A stretch of 64,000 nucleotides of DNA from Candidatus Freyarchaeum deiterrae (lineage in GTDB: Archaea; Asgardarchaeota; Jordiarchaeia; Jordiarchaeales; Jordiarchaeaceae): assembly GCA_037305845.1 (NCBI GenBank), contig CP147778.1, positions 736,001-800,000 on the forward strand, read 5' to 3'. Positions 40,416 through 50,076 of the stretch are shown here, piece after piece (within the stretch, counting starts at the first letter, position 1; each line of letters starts with the position of its first letter). The notes beneath the pieces are model-generated. The model was not told the DNA's origin, searched no databases, and worked only from the letters and a program-made list of their open reading frames with translations. The translations under genes and the position numbers were made by a program.

Positions 40416-40471
40416 CTTAACCATTTCTCATGTAGGCATTCTATGTTAAATTGTAATGTTTAATGCTGTTT

Positions 40472-41266
40472 TTAGAGTATTAATTTTAGTGAGTCGTATC
40501 CAATTAGAATTTTTTCTCTGCTCGGATCCACTTTTTCCTGTAGCTTTTCATGGGGAGGATTCAAGTGTGCGAGATGAACCAGTACCGTCTTCTTGGCTTT
40601 CAGGTTATTTGATAGTTCTATTGCCTCGTTTACAGTCATATGGTGATTCAGAAAGTGAGACGGCCGGTCTATGAAAGCGTCGGTTATCAGGAGGTCGGGA
40701 TTTTTCATGATTCGAATGGATTCCTCTGGAATTCCTATTCCGGTGTCACTGGTAATTACCAACTTTTTGCCATTGATATTGAAACTATAGCCAATTGGCT
40801 GTATGGGTTTTTCCTCGTTCCAGCTGGGGTGATAGACCGGAAAGCCTTGAAACTGAATATTATGGTAGTCGACGGGTTCGAAGAGTTTTATCTCTGTGCG
40901 CTTCGCGTTAATTATTTTGAATCCCATTCTTTCCAGTACAAAATCCAGCGTTTCCTTTAATCCGAATACATGAATAAAATTCTGAACACGGTAAAATTCA
41001 CTGAACCCCAGAATATGATCAAAATGGTGGTGCGTGTAAAGAACCGCTGCGATTCTAGTTATTCTCTCCCTAATTAGTTGAGCTCTGAGATCAGGCCCGG
41101 TATCAATGGCGATATTCCTATCTTTCTCTGGATCGCGTATAAGTATTCCAAAACGAGTTCGAGCATTGGGAATACCCTGCTCCCTCGCTAGGGTACATGT
41201 CTCGCAGAAGCAATTAAATGTGGGAGTCCCAACGGTATCGCCGCTTCCCAGAATTATGATTTCCAA
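40472..41266 (-). CDS. PhnP-like MBL-fold phosphodiesterase
   Basis: LGSG...P..NCFCETC, DTGPDLR, THHHFDH, SDT, HLAH. Confidence 0.9.
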   Translation of the reverse strand: MEIIILGSGDTVGTPTFNCFCETCTLAREQGIPNARTRFGILIRDPEKDRNIAIDTGPDLRAQLIRERITRIAAVLYTHHHFDHILGFSEFYRVQNFIHVFGLKETLDFVLERMGFKIINAKRTEIKLFEPVDYHNIQFQGFPVYHPSWNEEKPIQPIGYSFNINGKKLVITSDTGIGIPEESIRIMKNPDLLITDAFIDRPSHFLNHHMTVNEAIELSNNLKAKKTVLVHLAHLNPPHEKLQEKVDPSREKILIGYDSLKLIL

Positions 41267-41480
41267 TTCAAATCATCCCTTTTTGAGAAACAAGATAAAA
41301 CATGTATTGAACATTTTACCGTGATACTCAATTTGAAGATTTCAAATCTCGACTTTTCGGGAGAATAATAATTTTGTTATGTTTAAACTTCGCCTCGTAT
41401 TAATATAAACTATACTGGATTATTTTGCGAAATGGATATTGTTGGTTTAAAAAAGGCAAGGAAGTTCGGAAGTTTTTGGT

Positions 41481-42398
41481 TCATTTTTTAGGGCGGGTGG
41501 ACAAAAAGCCTTGTACAAGGGAATGCGCCAGGTCTATTGCATGGTTTGGGGCAAATTCATCGAGTTGCTTCCCATATGCTTTAACAATGAATTCGGTTAC
41601 GTATTCTGGGTCAGGCTTTTCTTTGTAAACTTTTTTTATTTCGTTGTTCCACTTGTAAGCCGTTTTAATAGTATCCTTTAGGGAGAGGTTACCGTCGCGT
41701 GCTGATTTAGCTCCGAAGTGGGCGAATCCTATTATTTCTGGTTGATAAGACTCGATTTTGTTTATTGTTGCTACAAAGGTTTCTAAATCGAACTCTGGAG
41801 GGAAAGCCGTGGGGGTTATTGTTTTCGTTTGGGGCATATGTATACCCGCCGCGTCTCCAACGAACATAAATCTATTTTTAGGTTCATAAAAACTCAGGTG
41901 GTCGTTCGAGTGTCCTACGGTCTCTAAAATTTGAATATCCACACCGTTACCCAGACCAACCGAGTCACCATCTTTGACGATGTCAAAATTCGTTATAGGC
42001 TTCATTTCGATTCCGGATATGCCGAAGCTTTGTCTTCCCCCCTCAATCAACTTCTCAATTATTGCGGGAACAGTGAGACGTTTTGAATCTTTCTCCGAAA
42101 CCAGAACTCTAGCTCTGGGAAACTCATCTTCCAGATAAGCTGCACCCCCTGCGTGGTCAAAGTGGCAGTGCGAGGGCATTATGTAAGCAATCTCGTCCCT
42201 CTTTATTCCCAGACTTAATACGCCATCAACTAGGTTTTTAACTGTGCTGTTTGAGCCAGTATCAAGAACCGCTGCTTTTTCTCCCTTCACTAAGAACACG
42301 GAAGTGGAGCCTAATTTCCCGTGCATATTTACGTCTACTAGATAAACGTTTTCACTTATCTTAGAAGTTTTAATAAACCACAAAAGAAACACCCACAA
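41481..42398 (-). CDS. MBL-fold metallo-hydrolase
   Basis: SHCHFDHAGG, GHSNDH, GDAAG, FAHFG; exact start uncertain. Confidence 0.88.
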   Translation of the reverse strand: MWVFLLWFIKTSKISENVYLVDVNMHGKLGSTSVFLVKGEKAAVLDTGSNSTVKNLVDGVLSLGIKRDEIAYIMPSHCHFDHAGGAAYLEDEFPRARVLVSEKDSKRLTVPAIIEKLIEGGRQSFGISGIEMKPITNFDIVKDGDSVGLGNGVDIQILETVGHSNDHLSFYEPKNRFMFVGDAAGIHMPQTKTITPTAFPPEFDLETFVATINKIESYQPEIIGFAHFGAKSARDGNLSLKDTIKTAYKWNNEIKKVYKEKPDPEYVTEFIVKAYGKQLDEFAPNHAIDLAHSLVQGFLSTRPKK

Positions 42399-42461
42399 AA
42401 CATTTTTTATACACCCACAACTTGCCCAAACTACTTAACATTTACTATATCATATAATACA

Positions 42462-42591
42462 CCACAGGCTGAAGACAAAATCAGGAAGTTACACCTAGTG
42501 AAGGTGTGAACATGTGATGGCGGTCAGAAACGCTTTTCTAATCGTTGTCTGTTTTAGGATGCCTTTGAAAGTCTGCTTCAATAGCCTTTGG
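42462..42591 (+). ncRNA. Candidate structured RNA between divergent promoters
   Basis: Closing stems AGGCT/AGCCT and GAAG/CTTC; hairpins TTACACCT/AGGTGTGA and GATGGCGGT.AGAAA/TTTCT.ATCGTTGTC; G-U pairs favour +. Confidence 0.4.
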
Positions 42592-42703
42592 CTTCCACCA
42601 CCAGTTTTTATATATCCTTTATTACATAGATAGTTTATGTGGGTAAATTCCTTACCTTTATAGAAGGCGAGCTTCCTTTGCGCCGGCAGGAGTTGGTGAA
42701 TAA

Positions 42704-43180
42704 TTGTTCAAGTTGGATGAGATTGATTTTAAGATACTAAGTATACTTCAGGAGGATGGAAGAACACCAGTAGCCGAAATAGCAAGACAGGTTAAATTAG
42801 CGTCTCCCTCCATTCATGAGAGGATCTCCAAGCTGGAGCAAGTGGGAATAATAAAAGGATACACCGTTATACTTGATAGTAAAAAACTTGGTAAGGATGT
42901 TACTGCTTTTATTGGGATAAGGGTGAATCATGCGCTTTCCAGTGGTGACACTGTTGTGAGCGAACTCATGAAAATTGAAAGCATCCTCGAGACTCACACA
43001 GTTACGGGAGATGATGATATCCTCATAAAAGTAAAAACCGAGAACACAACCACTTTAGAAAAACTACTAAAGAAAATAGATTCAATAAAGGGCATACTAA
43101 ACACCAAAACCACAGTAGTTTTGTCAAGCCCAGCGGAAACCATCAAAATTAAAATTGAGCAAAGACCAGAAAAAGGCTAG
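42704..43180 (+). CDS. Lrp/AsnC-family transcriptional regulator
   Basis: LDEIDFKILSILQEDGR, RI.KLEQ.GIIKGY, VTGDDDILIK. Confidence 0.93.
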   Translation: MFKLDEIDFKILSILQEDGRTPVAEIARQVKLASPSIHERISKLEQVGIIKGYTVILDSKKLGKDVTAFIGIRVNHALSSGDTVVSELMKIESILETHTVTGDDDILIKVKTENTTTLEKLLKKIDSIKGILNTKTTVVLSSPAETIKIKIEQRPEKG

Positions 43181-43256
43181 TAATTGGAACCAAAATTTAA
43201 AGAACCAGTTAACTGGCCTGACGTGTTCAGGGGCAATTTTTCAGGAAATTTATTCT

Positions 43257-44657
43257 TTACAGGCGGATTCTTTTGAAAATTTTTTCCAAGAAAGCTGATG
43301 TCTGGAACAGAGAGGGACCCGCAGTGAGCCCTGCTCTGGCTTTGGGATAATTAATATTCTTGTATGGGTTCATGATGTTTTGTGGGTCAATCTGCTCCTT
43401 AATCTTCCTCATTAACTTTAAGGTGTCAGCGTCGAACACATCCTCCATCCAGAAGCTGTTCCAAACACCAGAGCCATATGGTCTGCCGCCCCAATCGATA
43501 GCCGCCTTTACGAACTCCCCGATAAGTGCTATTCTCTTTAAACCACTTTCTTCCTCACCACAAATGAGGCGTAGTATAATTGAATCGGCATCCGCCAAAA
43601 ATCCAACCAGCCCCCGTACTTGATAACTCTCTTTCAGCTTTCGAACCACTTCAAAAATCTTAGGCATACTATCTAAAGGTAGGAACACCTCGCCACCAAA
43701 ACCATCAGGGTGGTAAATCTTTCGGAGCTGAGCCCATAGATTAAAATCTTCTTCGAACATAGAAATAGCTCCGTGCGCCTTTTCCAAGGACACGTCCTCC
43801 CTGCCATCTTCAGATAAGAGCAGTATTACTCCTCTATCCGCTTCGATTCCCAGTTTAGTCTTAGATAATTCACCATCAAAAAATACTGCGGATATCAAAT
43901 TGCCTGACTGAGCTAATTCACTCAATCCTTGAAAAAGGGGTTCGTCTTTTATGATTCTGTACACAGTTACTTTCAGATTGTTTTGATGGTAGATTTTGAG
44001 TGTAGCCTCTGTTATTACTCCTAGTGTTCCCTCAGCTCCTGAGAACAGCCAGCTGTTATTATATCCAAATCCGTAAGAAAGACTGGTTTTAGAATAACCG
44101 GTATTGATTCTAAGACCGACTGGCAGCACGACTTCCAGATTAACTATTCGGTTTCCAATCGAACCGTGCATGAGGGAGCCTATTCCATAGCCACCTGTAC
44201 TGATAAATCCTCCCAGAGTTGAATCTTCATTAAGGGGACTTACACCAATGGTAAACCCTTTCTTCTTTAGCTGAGCATTCATTTTGCTCCAAGAAATGCC
44301 CGCCCCCGCGGTCAATGTTTTTTTATCCTCATCAATTTCAATCTTATTTACCCGTTTCATTTCCAGGACTACTCCCCCTTTTATGGGCAAAGCCTCACCG
44401 AGAGCGGATGTACCTCCTCCCCTGGGAATCAAGGGAATCTTTCTGTCAAAGGCGTAGTTGACTATGTCCACAATCTCTCTAGCATTGTGTGGTTTCACTA
44501 TGGCATCTGGCTCAATTTTGAATCCTAGGCTCAAAATGGTAGAGCCCCATGCTGAATCTTTCAAATTCTTCTTTTCTTTTTCACCTATAACCACATTCTC
44601 GTTTCCTACGATGCTGCCTAGGTCATTTTCCAACTTGGATTTTTTCATCCTTATCAC
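43257..44657 (-). CDS. FAD-binding oxidoreductase (GlcD/D-lactate dehydrogenase-like)
   Basis: PRGGGTS, STLGGFI, GAEGTLGVITE, DPQNIMNP. Confidence 0.88.
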   Translation of the reverse strand: MIRMKKSKLENDLGSIVGNENVVIGEKEKKNLKDSAWGSTILSLGFKIEPDAIVKPHNAREIVDIVNYAFDRKIPLIPRGGGTSALGEALPIKGGVVLEMKRVNKIEIDEDKKTLTAGAGISWSKMNAQLKKKGFTIGVSPLNEDSTLGGFISTGGYGIGSLMHGSIGNRIVNLEVVLPVGLRINTGYSKTSLSYGFGYNNSWLFSGAEGTLGVITEATLKIYHQNNLKVTVYRIIKDEPLFQGLSELAQSGNLISAVFFDGELSKTKLGIEADRGVILLLSEDGREDVSLEKAHGAISMFEEDFNLWAQLRKIYHPDGFGGEVFLPLDSMPKIFEVVRKLKESYQVRGLVGFLADADSIILRLICGEEESGLKRIALIGEFVKAAIDWGGRPYGSGVWNSFWMEDVFDADTLKLMRKIKEQIDPQNIMNPYKNINYPKARAGLTAGPSLFQTSAFLEKIFKRIRL

Positions 44658-44958
44658 TTGACACCAAGTAAAAGATTGTGAACCTATTAAGTTTCGTGGT
44701 TAAGTTTTCTTTTTAATTAGTTAAATAAAATAATATAATAAAATGGTTTAAACTATGAATAATGGTTTAACATTCAAGTGTATTCAAATACTCATTTAAA
44801 AACTTAGCAATAATTATCTGGGCTTAGATTAATTCGTCTTGAAGTCGAAGTCGTCTTAATTTGAATATGAATTTATCGTAAGAATAAGTAAGTTGAATCT
44901 TTAATTGAGGGCAAAAAATATAATAACGAAATACATTTTACAATTGGGGATGTAGAGC

Positions 44959-45528
44959 GTGATTATTCATAATATTTACATTATTAACTCTGACGGAATT
45001 TGTCCCTTAGACCTAACTCTGGGTTCTGTTAAGGTTGACCCAGAATTGGTGGCGGGTATTTTCTCGGCTTCTCAGAAGTTCTGGGGAGAGGTCACGGGAG
45101 AGACGCCGAAATCCATTTCCTTTCAAAATATGAATGCTTATATTAAGCCTTTTTCTACAGGAGAGAAGAACTGGTATTTGATTTTGATATCCGAGGCGGA
45201 GGAACCGGGGCTTGTGAAAAAGGTTGAAGATTGTGTGTTGAAAGTTGTGGAAGAAAATAATGGGTTGTTTGAAAAGTTTTTTGCGGACACCACGGCTATC
45301 AGTACCACTGTGGGTGACTCCATAATTAATGAATTAAAGAAAATCCCCTGCCCTAACATAACTAAAAGAATGCTAAAACAGGTATGTGAGATTGACGGTA
45401 AGCCGGTAAAGGAAACCAGTTGTAACCTATTTTCCATGGCAAGATGTAAAACAAAAATCAAAAATTACGACAAAAAGGACTCATCAGTTGCGGGGCTGAT
45501 TGACGAGTTTCTGAACAGCCTAAGGTAA
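44959..45528 (+). CDS. Longin-like domain protein with Cys-rich C-terminal extension
   Basis: IHNIYIINSDGIC, DPELVAGIFSA; tail CP..C..C..C. Confidence 0.7.
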   Translation: MIIHNIYIINSDGICPLDLTLGSVKVDPELVAGIFSASQKFWGEVTGETPKSISFQNMNAYIKPFSTGEKNWYLILISEAEEPGLVKKVEDCVLKVVEENNGLFEKFFADTTAISTTVGDSIINELKKIPCPNITKRMLKQVCEIDGKPVKETSCNLFSMARCKTKIKNYDKKDSSVAGLIDEFLNSLR

Positions 45529-45644
45529 AAAACTCGCTTTTCGAATCGTAAAAATAATTATAGTTTTTGCTTTTTTGGAATAATCTTTTTTAGCATGTTG
45601 TATTCCAATATTTACATTATGAATTGCAATATAAGTAGGAAAAG

Positions 45645-46466
45645 GTGTTACTTGTGGTAAGTTTGGGAGAGTTTATTATCTATGCGTACTTCTTTAGCGA
45701 TTATTACCGCCTTTCAGCTGTTTTCGGTGTCTCTATTGGAATGTATATCAGGCTTTGCTTTTCAGCCATTGCCTCAATCGCCGGTTTTTCGGTAGCAATT
45801 ATAGCTTCGGTCAGAACTCGAAAAAAAATCGCTAATAAACTATTAGTTACCAGTATTATCATCGCAACTCTTGCAGGAGGCATCGCGGCACTATCTGTTG
45901 CTATTGCTTCATATTTCTACATTACTTATCCCAGCTTTTTCACCTTCATTCCAGAAACAACGCTAATACTCAACCGTGTCAGTTTTGTTTCAATCCCTAT
46001 AATTGGGCTTTTCTTTTGGATTTTCTTCTCACAGCTAATTGGAATAAGAAGAGCGGTCATCTATGGCGCTGTCGTAATCTCTTCAGTAATTCTATTTTTG
46101 AACTCGATTGCCACCATAACTGCGGAAGAAGTTCAGTTAATGCTTTACGTTAACATGGGCTTGATTTTCTCTTTTGTCACATTGAGTTACTGGCTTGTTA
46201 CTTTCATAATTATCTCGATCTCATTCTTCTACTACGCTTCCAAACAGAAAGGTGAACGTCGAATAATGGGAGCCATATTAGGAACCGCGGGAATTGCAGC
46301 AGTCATGATTTTGGTGTCCCAAGCGTTGGCATTTCTTTTCAGCAACGCAATTCTAAGTGAAAGCGTATGGATCTTTGCAGCAGCCGCCTTCACGCTAATG
46401 CACCTTGGATCGCTACCTCTAAGAAGCCTATTAACAAAAGAACCAAAACGAACCAAACGAAAATAG
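45645..46466 (+). CDS. Stand-alone 7-8 TM membrane protein (7TM sensor-like)
   Basis: Seven evenly spaced TM helices plus an N-terminal hydrophobic segment; no cytoplasmic domain. Confidence 0.7.
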   Translation: MLLVVSLGEFIIYAYFFSDYYRLSAVFGVSIGMYIRLCFSAIASIAGFSVAIIASVRTRKKIANKLLVTSIIIATLAGGIAALSVAIASYFYITYPSFFTFIPETTLILNRVSFVSIPIIGLFFWIFFSQLIGIRRAVIYGAVVISSVILFLNSIATITAEEVQLMLYVNMGLIFSFVTLSYWLVTFIIISISFFYYASKQKGERRIMGAILGTAGIAAVMILVSQALAFLFSNAILSESVWIFAAAAFTLMHLGSLPLRSLLTKEPKRTKRK

Positions 46467-46632
46467 AACTCCAATACAAGTATATCCAATCGAGTCCTGC
46501 AACCCCTTTTTTTATTTTCTAAATAAGATGCAATAGTTATTAATGAGAAGTCCATTCAAAGATATATATATGGATAGTTAGGGTGTTATAATACTCTATG
46601 ACAGTAGTTATGGAAACTCTCGGTGATTCTCG

Positions 46633-47763
46633 ATGTATTATTTGGAGTGTGCTGTTTGCAAAAAGCGGATAGAAAATGAGTCGATTCTATGCCCGGACTG
46701 CGGAGGGCCCATCCAAGTATACTATGATTATGACTCGATGCGGCTGAGCCGTGAAGATTTTCAAGGCAGAACCATCTGGAGATACCGCCAACTGCTTCCT
46801 TTCGAAAAAATTACACGTCTCGTAACCCTCAATGAAGGGTACACGCCTCTACAGAGAAGCGATATCATCGGAGACGACTTGGCTCTAGACCTGTGGTATA
46901 AGCTTGAAATACATAACCCCACAGGTAGTTTCAAGGATAGGGGAAGCGCCGTGGAACTCACTAAGGCTCTGGAAAGAGAAGCAAAATCAATTGTGTGTGC
47001 TTCGACGGGAAACATGGCCTCCAGTGTGTCCGCCTATTCTGCAAAGGCGGGGCTAAAGTGTAAAATAGTTGTTCCTAGGAACGCGCCTGTAACCAAGATA
47101 ACCATGATGGAACTCTATGGTGCCGAAGTAGAGTTTGTAGACGGCGGATTCGACGAAGCGGTAGACACGGCCATGGAGTACGCAAAGGATCCGAGTGTAC
47201 TTTTTGCGGGTGACTATTACTGGAGACGAGAAGGTCAGAAAACCATAGCCTTCGAGATATTTGAAGAATTAGCTAATGTGGATTGGGTTGTGGTTCCTGT
47301 TGGTTCTGGGGTGCTTCTTTCAGCTCTCTACAAAGGATTTTGGGAACTGAAAAAATTGAAGCTCATGGACAGAATTCCCCGCATGGTTGGTGTTCAGGCT
47401 GAGGGATGTAGCCCGGTGACCCAAGCGTGGAAAGGGGATAGATTTCAGAAGTGGAAAGAATCACATACCCTAGCAAGCGCAATAGAGGTTTTGAACGCCT
47501 TTGACGCACCCCTAGCTTTGGAAGCGGCGAGAGAAAGTGGGGGTGAAATTATTTCTGTCTCTGATAAAGAAATTATGGAATCCCTAGTGGATCTCGCCCG
47601 CAGGGAAGGAGTTTTTGTTGAACCTGGCGCTGCGGCTTCAATAGCGGGGGTGCTAAAGGAATGGAAAAAGTTTGATGGAAGAGTCGTATGTGTATTGACA
47701 GGCTATGGGCTCAATGATTTCCAGACGGTTAAAGACTACCTTGAAGGAAAACTCAAATTGTAG
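46633..47763 (+). CDS. thrC: Threonine synthase
   Basis: N-terminal CxxC...CxxC, IWRY, EGYTPL, NPTGSFKDRG, ASTGN, PVGSG, LTG.GL. Confidence 0.9.
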   Translation: MYYLECAVCKKRIENESILCPDCGGPIQVYYDYDSMRLSREDFQGRTIWRYRQLLPFEKITRLVTLNEGYTPLQRSDIIGDDLALDLWYKLEIHNPTGSFKDRGSAVELTKALEREAKSIVCASTGNMASSVSAYSAKAGLKCKIVVPRNAPVTKITMMELYGAEVEFVDGGFDEAVDTAMEYAKDPSVLFAGDYYWRREGQKTIAFEIFEELANVDWVVVPVGSGVLLSALYKGFWELKKLKLMDRIPRMVGVQAEGCSPVTQAWKGDRFQKWKESHTLASAIEVLNAFDAPLALEAARESGGEIISVSDKEIMESLVDLARREGVFVEPGAAASIAGVLKEWKKFDGRVVCVLTGYGLNDFQTVKDYLEGKLKL

Positions 47764-47913
47764 TCTTACCCAACTTTTTTGATTGAACTATTTTGGAAGA
47801 TTTTGAAGTAGATATCTTTTTAGGAAACTATACAACCGTTATTTGAAATTCAATATCTATAAGTTGTTTATACTTCCATAATTTTATGGAAAAAAGGTAC
47901 AGAAACATTTTGA

Positions 47914-48612
47914 GTGATGGCAATGAGCGACTCTAATATTCTCGAGCTAGAGAATGTTGGTAAAGTCTACAAGACTGGAGACGTAGCCTTCGAAGCTTTG
48001 CATGAGGTTTCATTGGTGATTGAAAGAGGACGATGGGTAGCTATCCAGGGCCCCAGCGGTTCTGGAAAAAGTACGCTTCTTAACTTGATTGGTTGCCTTG
48101 ACAGACCGACTAGTGGTAGAGTACTCCTTGAAGGAATCGACATATCAAAACTAAGTGAAAACAAGCTTGCACAAATGCGAGGCGAAAAAATCGGTTTTAT
48201 TTTTCAAACGTTCAACCTGATACCCAGTCTAACAGTGACTGAGAATATTCTTCTTCCCACATCTTTTACAAGGAAACTCAAAAAAGCGGATGCCAAGCAA
48301 AGAGTTAAGGAATTAATGAACAGATTGGGAATCAATAGTTTGAAGAATCGTTTTCCAAGTAGACTCAGTGGTGGAGAAACCCAGAGAGTTGCCATTGGAA
48401 GAGCTCTCATAAACGAACCCTCACTAATATTAGCAGATGAACCAACAGGCAATTTAGACACCACAACAGGCTCAGAAATCGCGAACCTTTTCAAAGAGAT
48501 GCATGAGGAAGGCGAAACAATCATTCTAGTAACGCATGATAATGACCTGGCACGAAGGGCGGAGAAAATCTACGTTCTTCGGGACGGTAAACTGAACGTG
48601 AAAGGAGAGTGA
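47914..48612 (+). CDS. LolD/MacB-type ABC ATP-binding protein
   Basis: GPSGSGKSTL, LSGGETQRVAIGRAL, LADEPTGNLD. Confidence 0.95.
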   Translation: MMAMSDSNILELENVGKVYKTGDVAFEALHEVSLVIERGRWVAIQGPSGSGKSTLLNLIGCLDRPTSGRVLLEGIDISKLSENKLAQMRGEKIGFIFQTFNLIPSLTVTENILLPTSFTRKLKKADAKQRVKELMNRLGINSLKNRFPSRLSGGETQRVAIGRALINEPSLILADEPTGNLDTTTGSEIANLFKEMHEEGETIILVTHDNDLARRAEKIYVLRDGKLNVKGE

Positions 48613-48616
48613 AACA

Positions 48617-49774
48617 GTGTCTTCGATTAAAATAGCTTTTCGAAATTTAGGAAGACGCAAAAGCCGGAACACTCTAACCATCATCGGTATAACAGTAGGA
48701 ATAGCAGCGCTAATAGCACTAATATCTCTCACTTTAGGACTAAGCGCACACATCAATAGCCAGTTCCAAAACCTCGGAGTAGATGTTTTAGTTTATCCAA
48801 CTTCTGGCAGAATTCCAAATTCCGCAGTTGGAACAATACAAGCCGACGCGGGAGTATACGCCGTAGCACCAAGAATCGACTTTGGAATGATTGCGCAGCA
48901 ACAGAATATTTCAGTTGCCTTTAATACGATTGATCCCGATGCTGAGGCTAAAATCGGATATCTAAAGCCGTTGTTGGGCGGCCTAAGTATGGGCGAGAAT
49001 GAAACAGTTTTGGGATTATCAATAGCCCAAAAACTTGGAGCAGGAATAAATAGTAACATAACATTTTTAGACCCATACCCAAACCCACTTAATCCCTCCG
49101 CTTTCAGTTTGAAGGTTGTTGGTATACTGAATCGAAGCCAAGAGTTCATTTCTTTCTCGGATAGCTTTGGATTTGTCAATGTTGCGTACGCTGGAAATAT
49201 GACCGATGTAAATGCTGGACTTTCGGCGATTTTGGTGAAATGCTGGACTAGTGATTTGTCAGCATATGTGGCCTATGAGATTCAGCAGCAGTTTCCCGAT
49301 GTTTCAGTTGTTTCTCAGTCACAAATTAGAACAGTGGTGAACGGTGTTACTGGAACCGTAAACTTCTTTCTGTATATAGCAACGGGATTAGCTCTAATAG
49401 TCAGCTGTTTGGGAACCGCGAACACTATGGCAGTGGCGGTTATTGAAAGAAGACGCGAAATAGGTATAATGAAAGCCGTTGGAGCTAAAGGCAGAAATGT
49501 AATGGGAGTATTCGTAATAGAATCTGCGCTACTCGGATTCATTGGAGGCGTTTTAGGATTAGTCATAGGATACGCTGCTGGCTATGCTGTTCAGTGGTAT
49601 GTTAATAGTGTTTTATGGTACATATCGTTTATCGCGGGATACCAGCCGGTATACGATTGGTGGATATGGCCACTCGGACTCGGAATCGCAGTTGTTATCT
49701 CACTTATCGCAGGAGCTTACCCCGCTTGGAGAGCTTCAAGACTAAAACCAGTAGAAACTCTAAGATACGAGTAA
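48617..49774 (+). CDS. MacB/FtsX-type ABC permease
   Basis: ERRREIGIMKAVGA, YPAWRASRLKPVETLRYE. Confidence 0.93.
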   Translation: MSSIKIAFRNLGRRKSRNTLTIIGITVGIAALIALISLTLGLSAHINSQFQNLGVDVLVYPTSGRIPNSAVGTIQADAGVYAVAPRIDFGMIAQQQNISVAFNTIDPDAEAKIGYLKPLLGGLSMGENETVLGLSIAQKLGAGINSNITFLDPYPNPLNPSAFSLKVVGILNRSQEFISFSDSFGFVNVAYAGNMTDVNAGLSAILVKCWTSDLSAYVAYEIQQQFPDVSVVSQSQIRTVVNGVTGTVNFFLYIATGLALIVSCLGTANTMAVAVIERRREIGIMKAVGAKGRNVMGVFVIESALLGFIGGVLGLVIGYAAGYAVQWYVNSVLWYISFIAGYQPVYDWWIWPLGLGIAVVISLIAGAYPAWRASRLKPVETLRYE

Positions 49775-49883
49775 CCAGCGGAATTCATCAGAAAATAAGA
49801 ACGGGTGAATTCTCACAATTTTCTCTTTTTTTTGTTCTGCCTCAATTTTAAGCACATTTTTCAACTTCATTTTAAAAACAAAA

Positions 49884-49891
49884 TTTATATA
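49884..49891 (+). promoter_or_regulatory. TATA box for the downstream RNA candidate
   Basis: A-rich BRE-like run then TTTATATA; first base 33 nt before the stem start; no + strand ORF follows. Confidence 0.55.
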
Positions 49892-49916
49892 TTCTAATAT
49901 CTAATCTATATAGTAA

Positions 49917-50057
49917 GCTGGGTCGGTGGAGTAAACCGAACATTGTTTCTAAAAGGTTATGCTTAATTTTTATATTAGGCTGAGGATTAGGGGAAACTCT
50001 GTGCCTCATTTTCAGAACCTTTTTGACATGTTCAGGCTTAAAGCTGACCTAGCACCA
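49917..50057 (+). ncRNA. Candidate ~140-nt highly structured non-coding RNA
   Basis: Five to six nested helices with G-U pairs on +; own TATA box; stem followed by ACCA. Confidence 0.6.
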
Positions 50058-50076
50058 AAATCAGATTTCTTACAGT

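Noticed and set aside
42468-42580. Hammerhead ribozyme (CTGAAGA ... GAAA)
   Set aside because: Stems I-III do not form in the required register.
44742-44770. Direct repeat AATGGTTTAA x2
   Set aside because: Short and in AT-rich DNA; could be an operator but not distinguishable from chance.
49917-50057. tRNA (Pyl/Sec), TPP riboswitch or hammerhead interpretation
   Set aside because: TTCTAAA has no flanking anticodon stem and there is no proper T-arm. GCTGAG and GAACCT occur but the rest of the TPP core and a downstream gene are missing. CTGAGGA/GAAA lack hammerhead stems.
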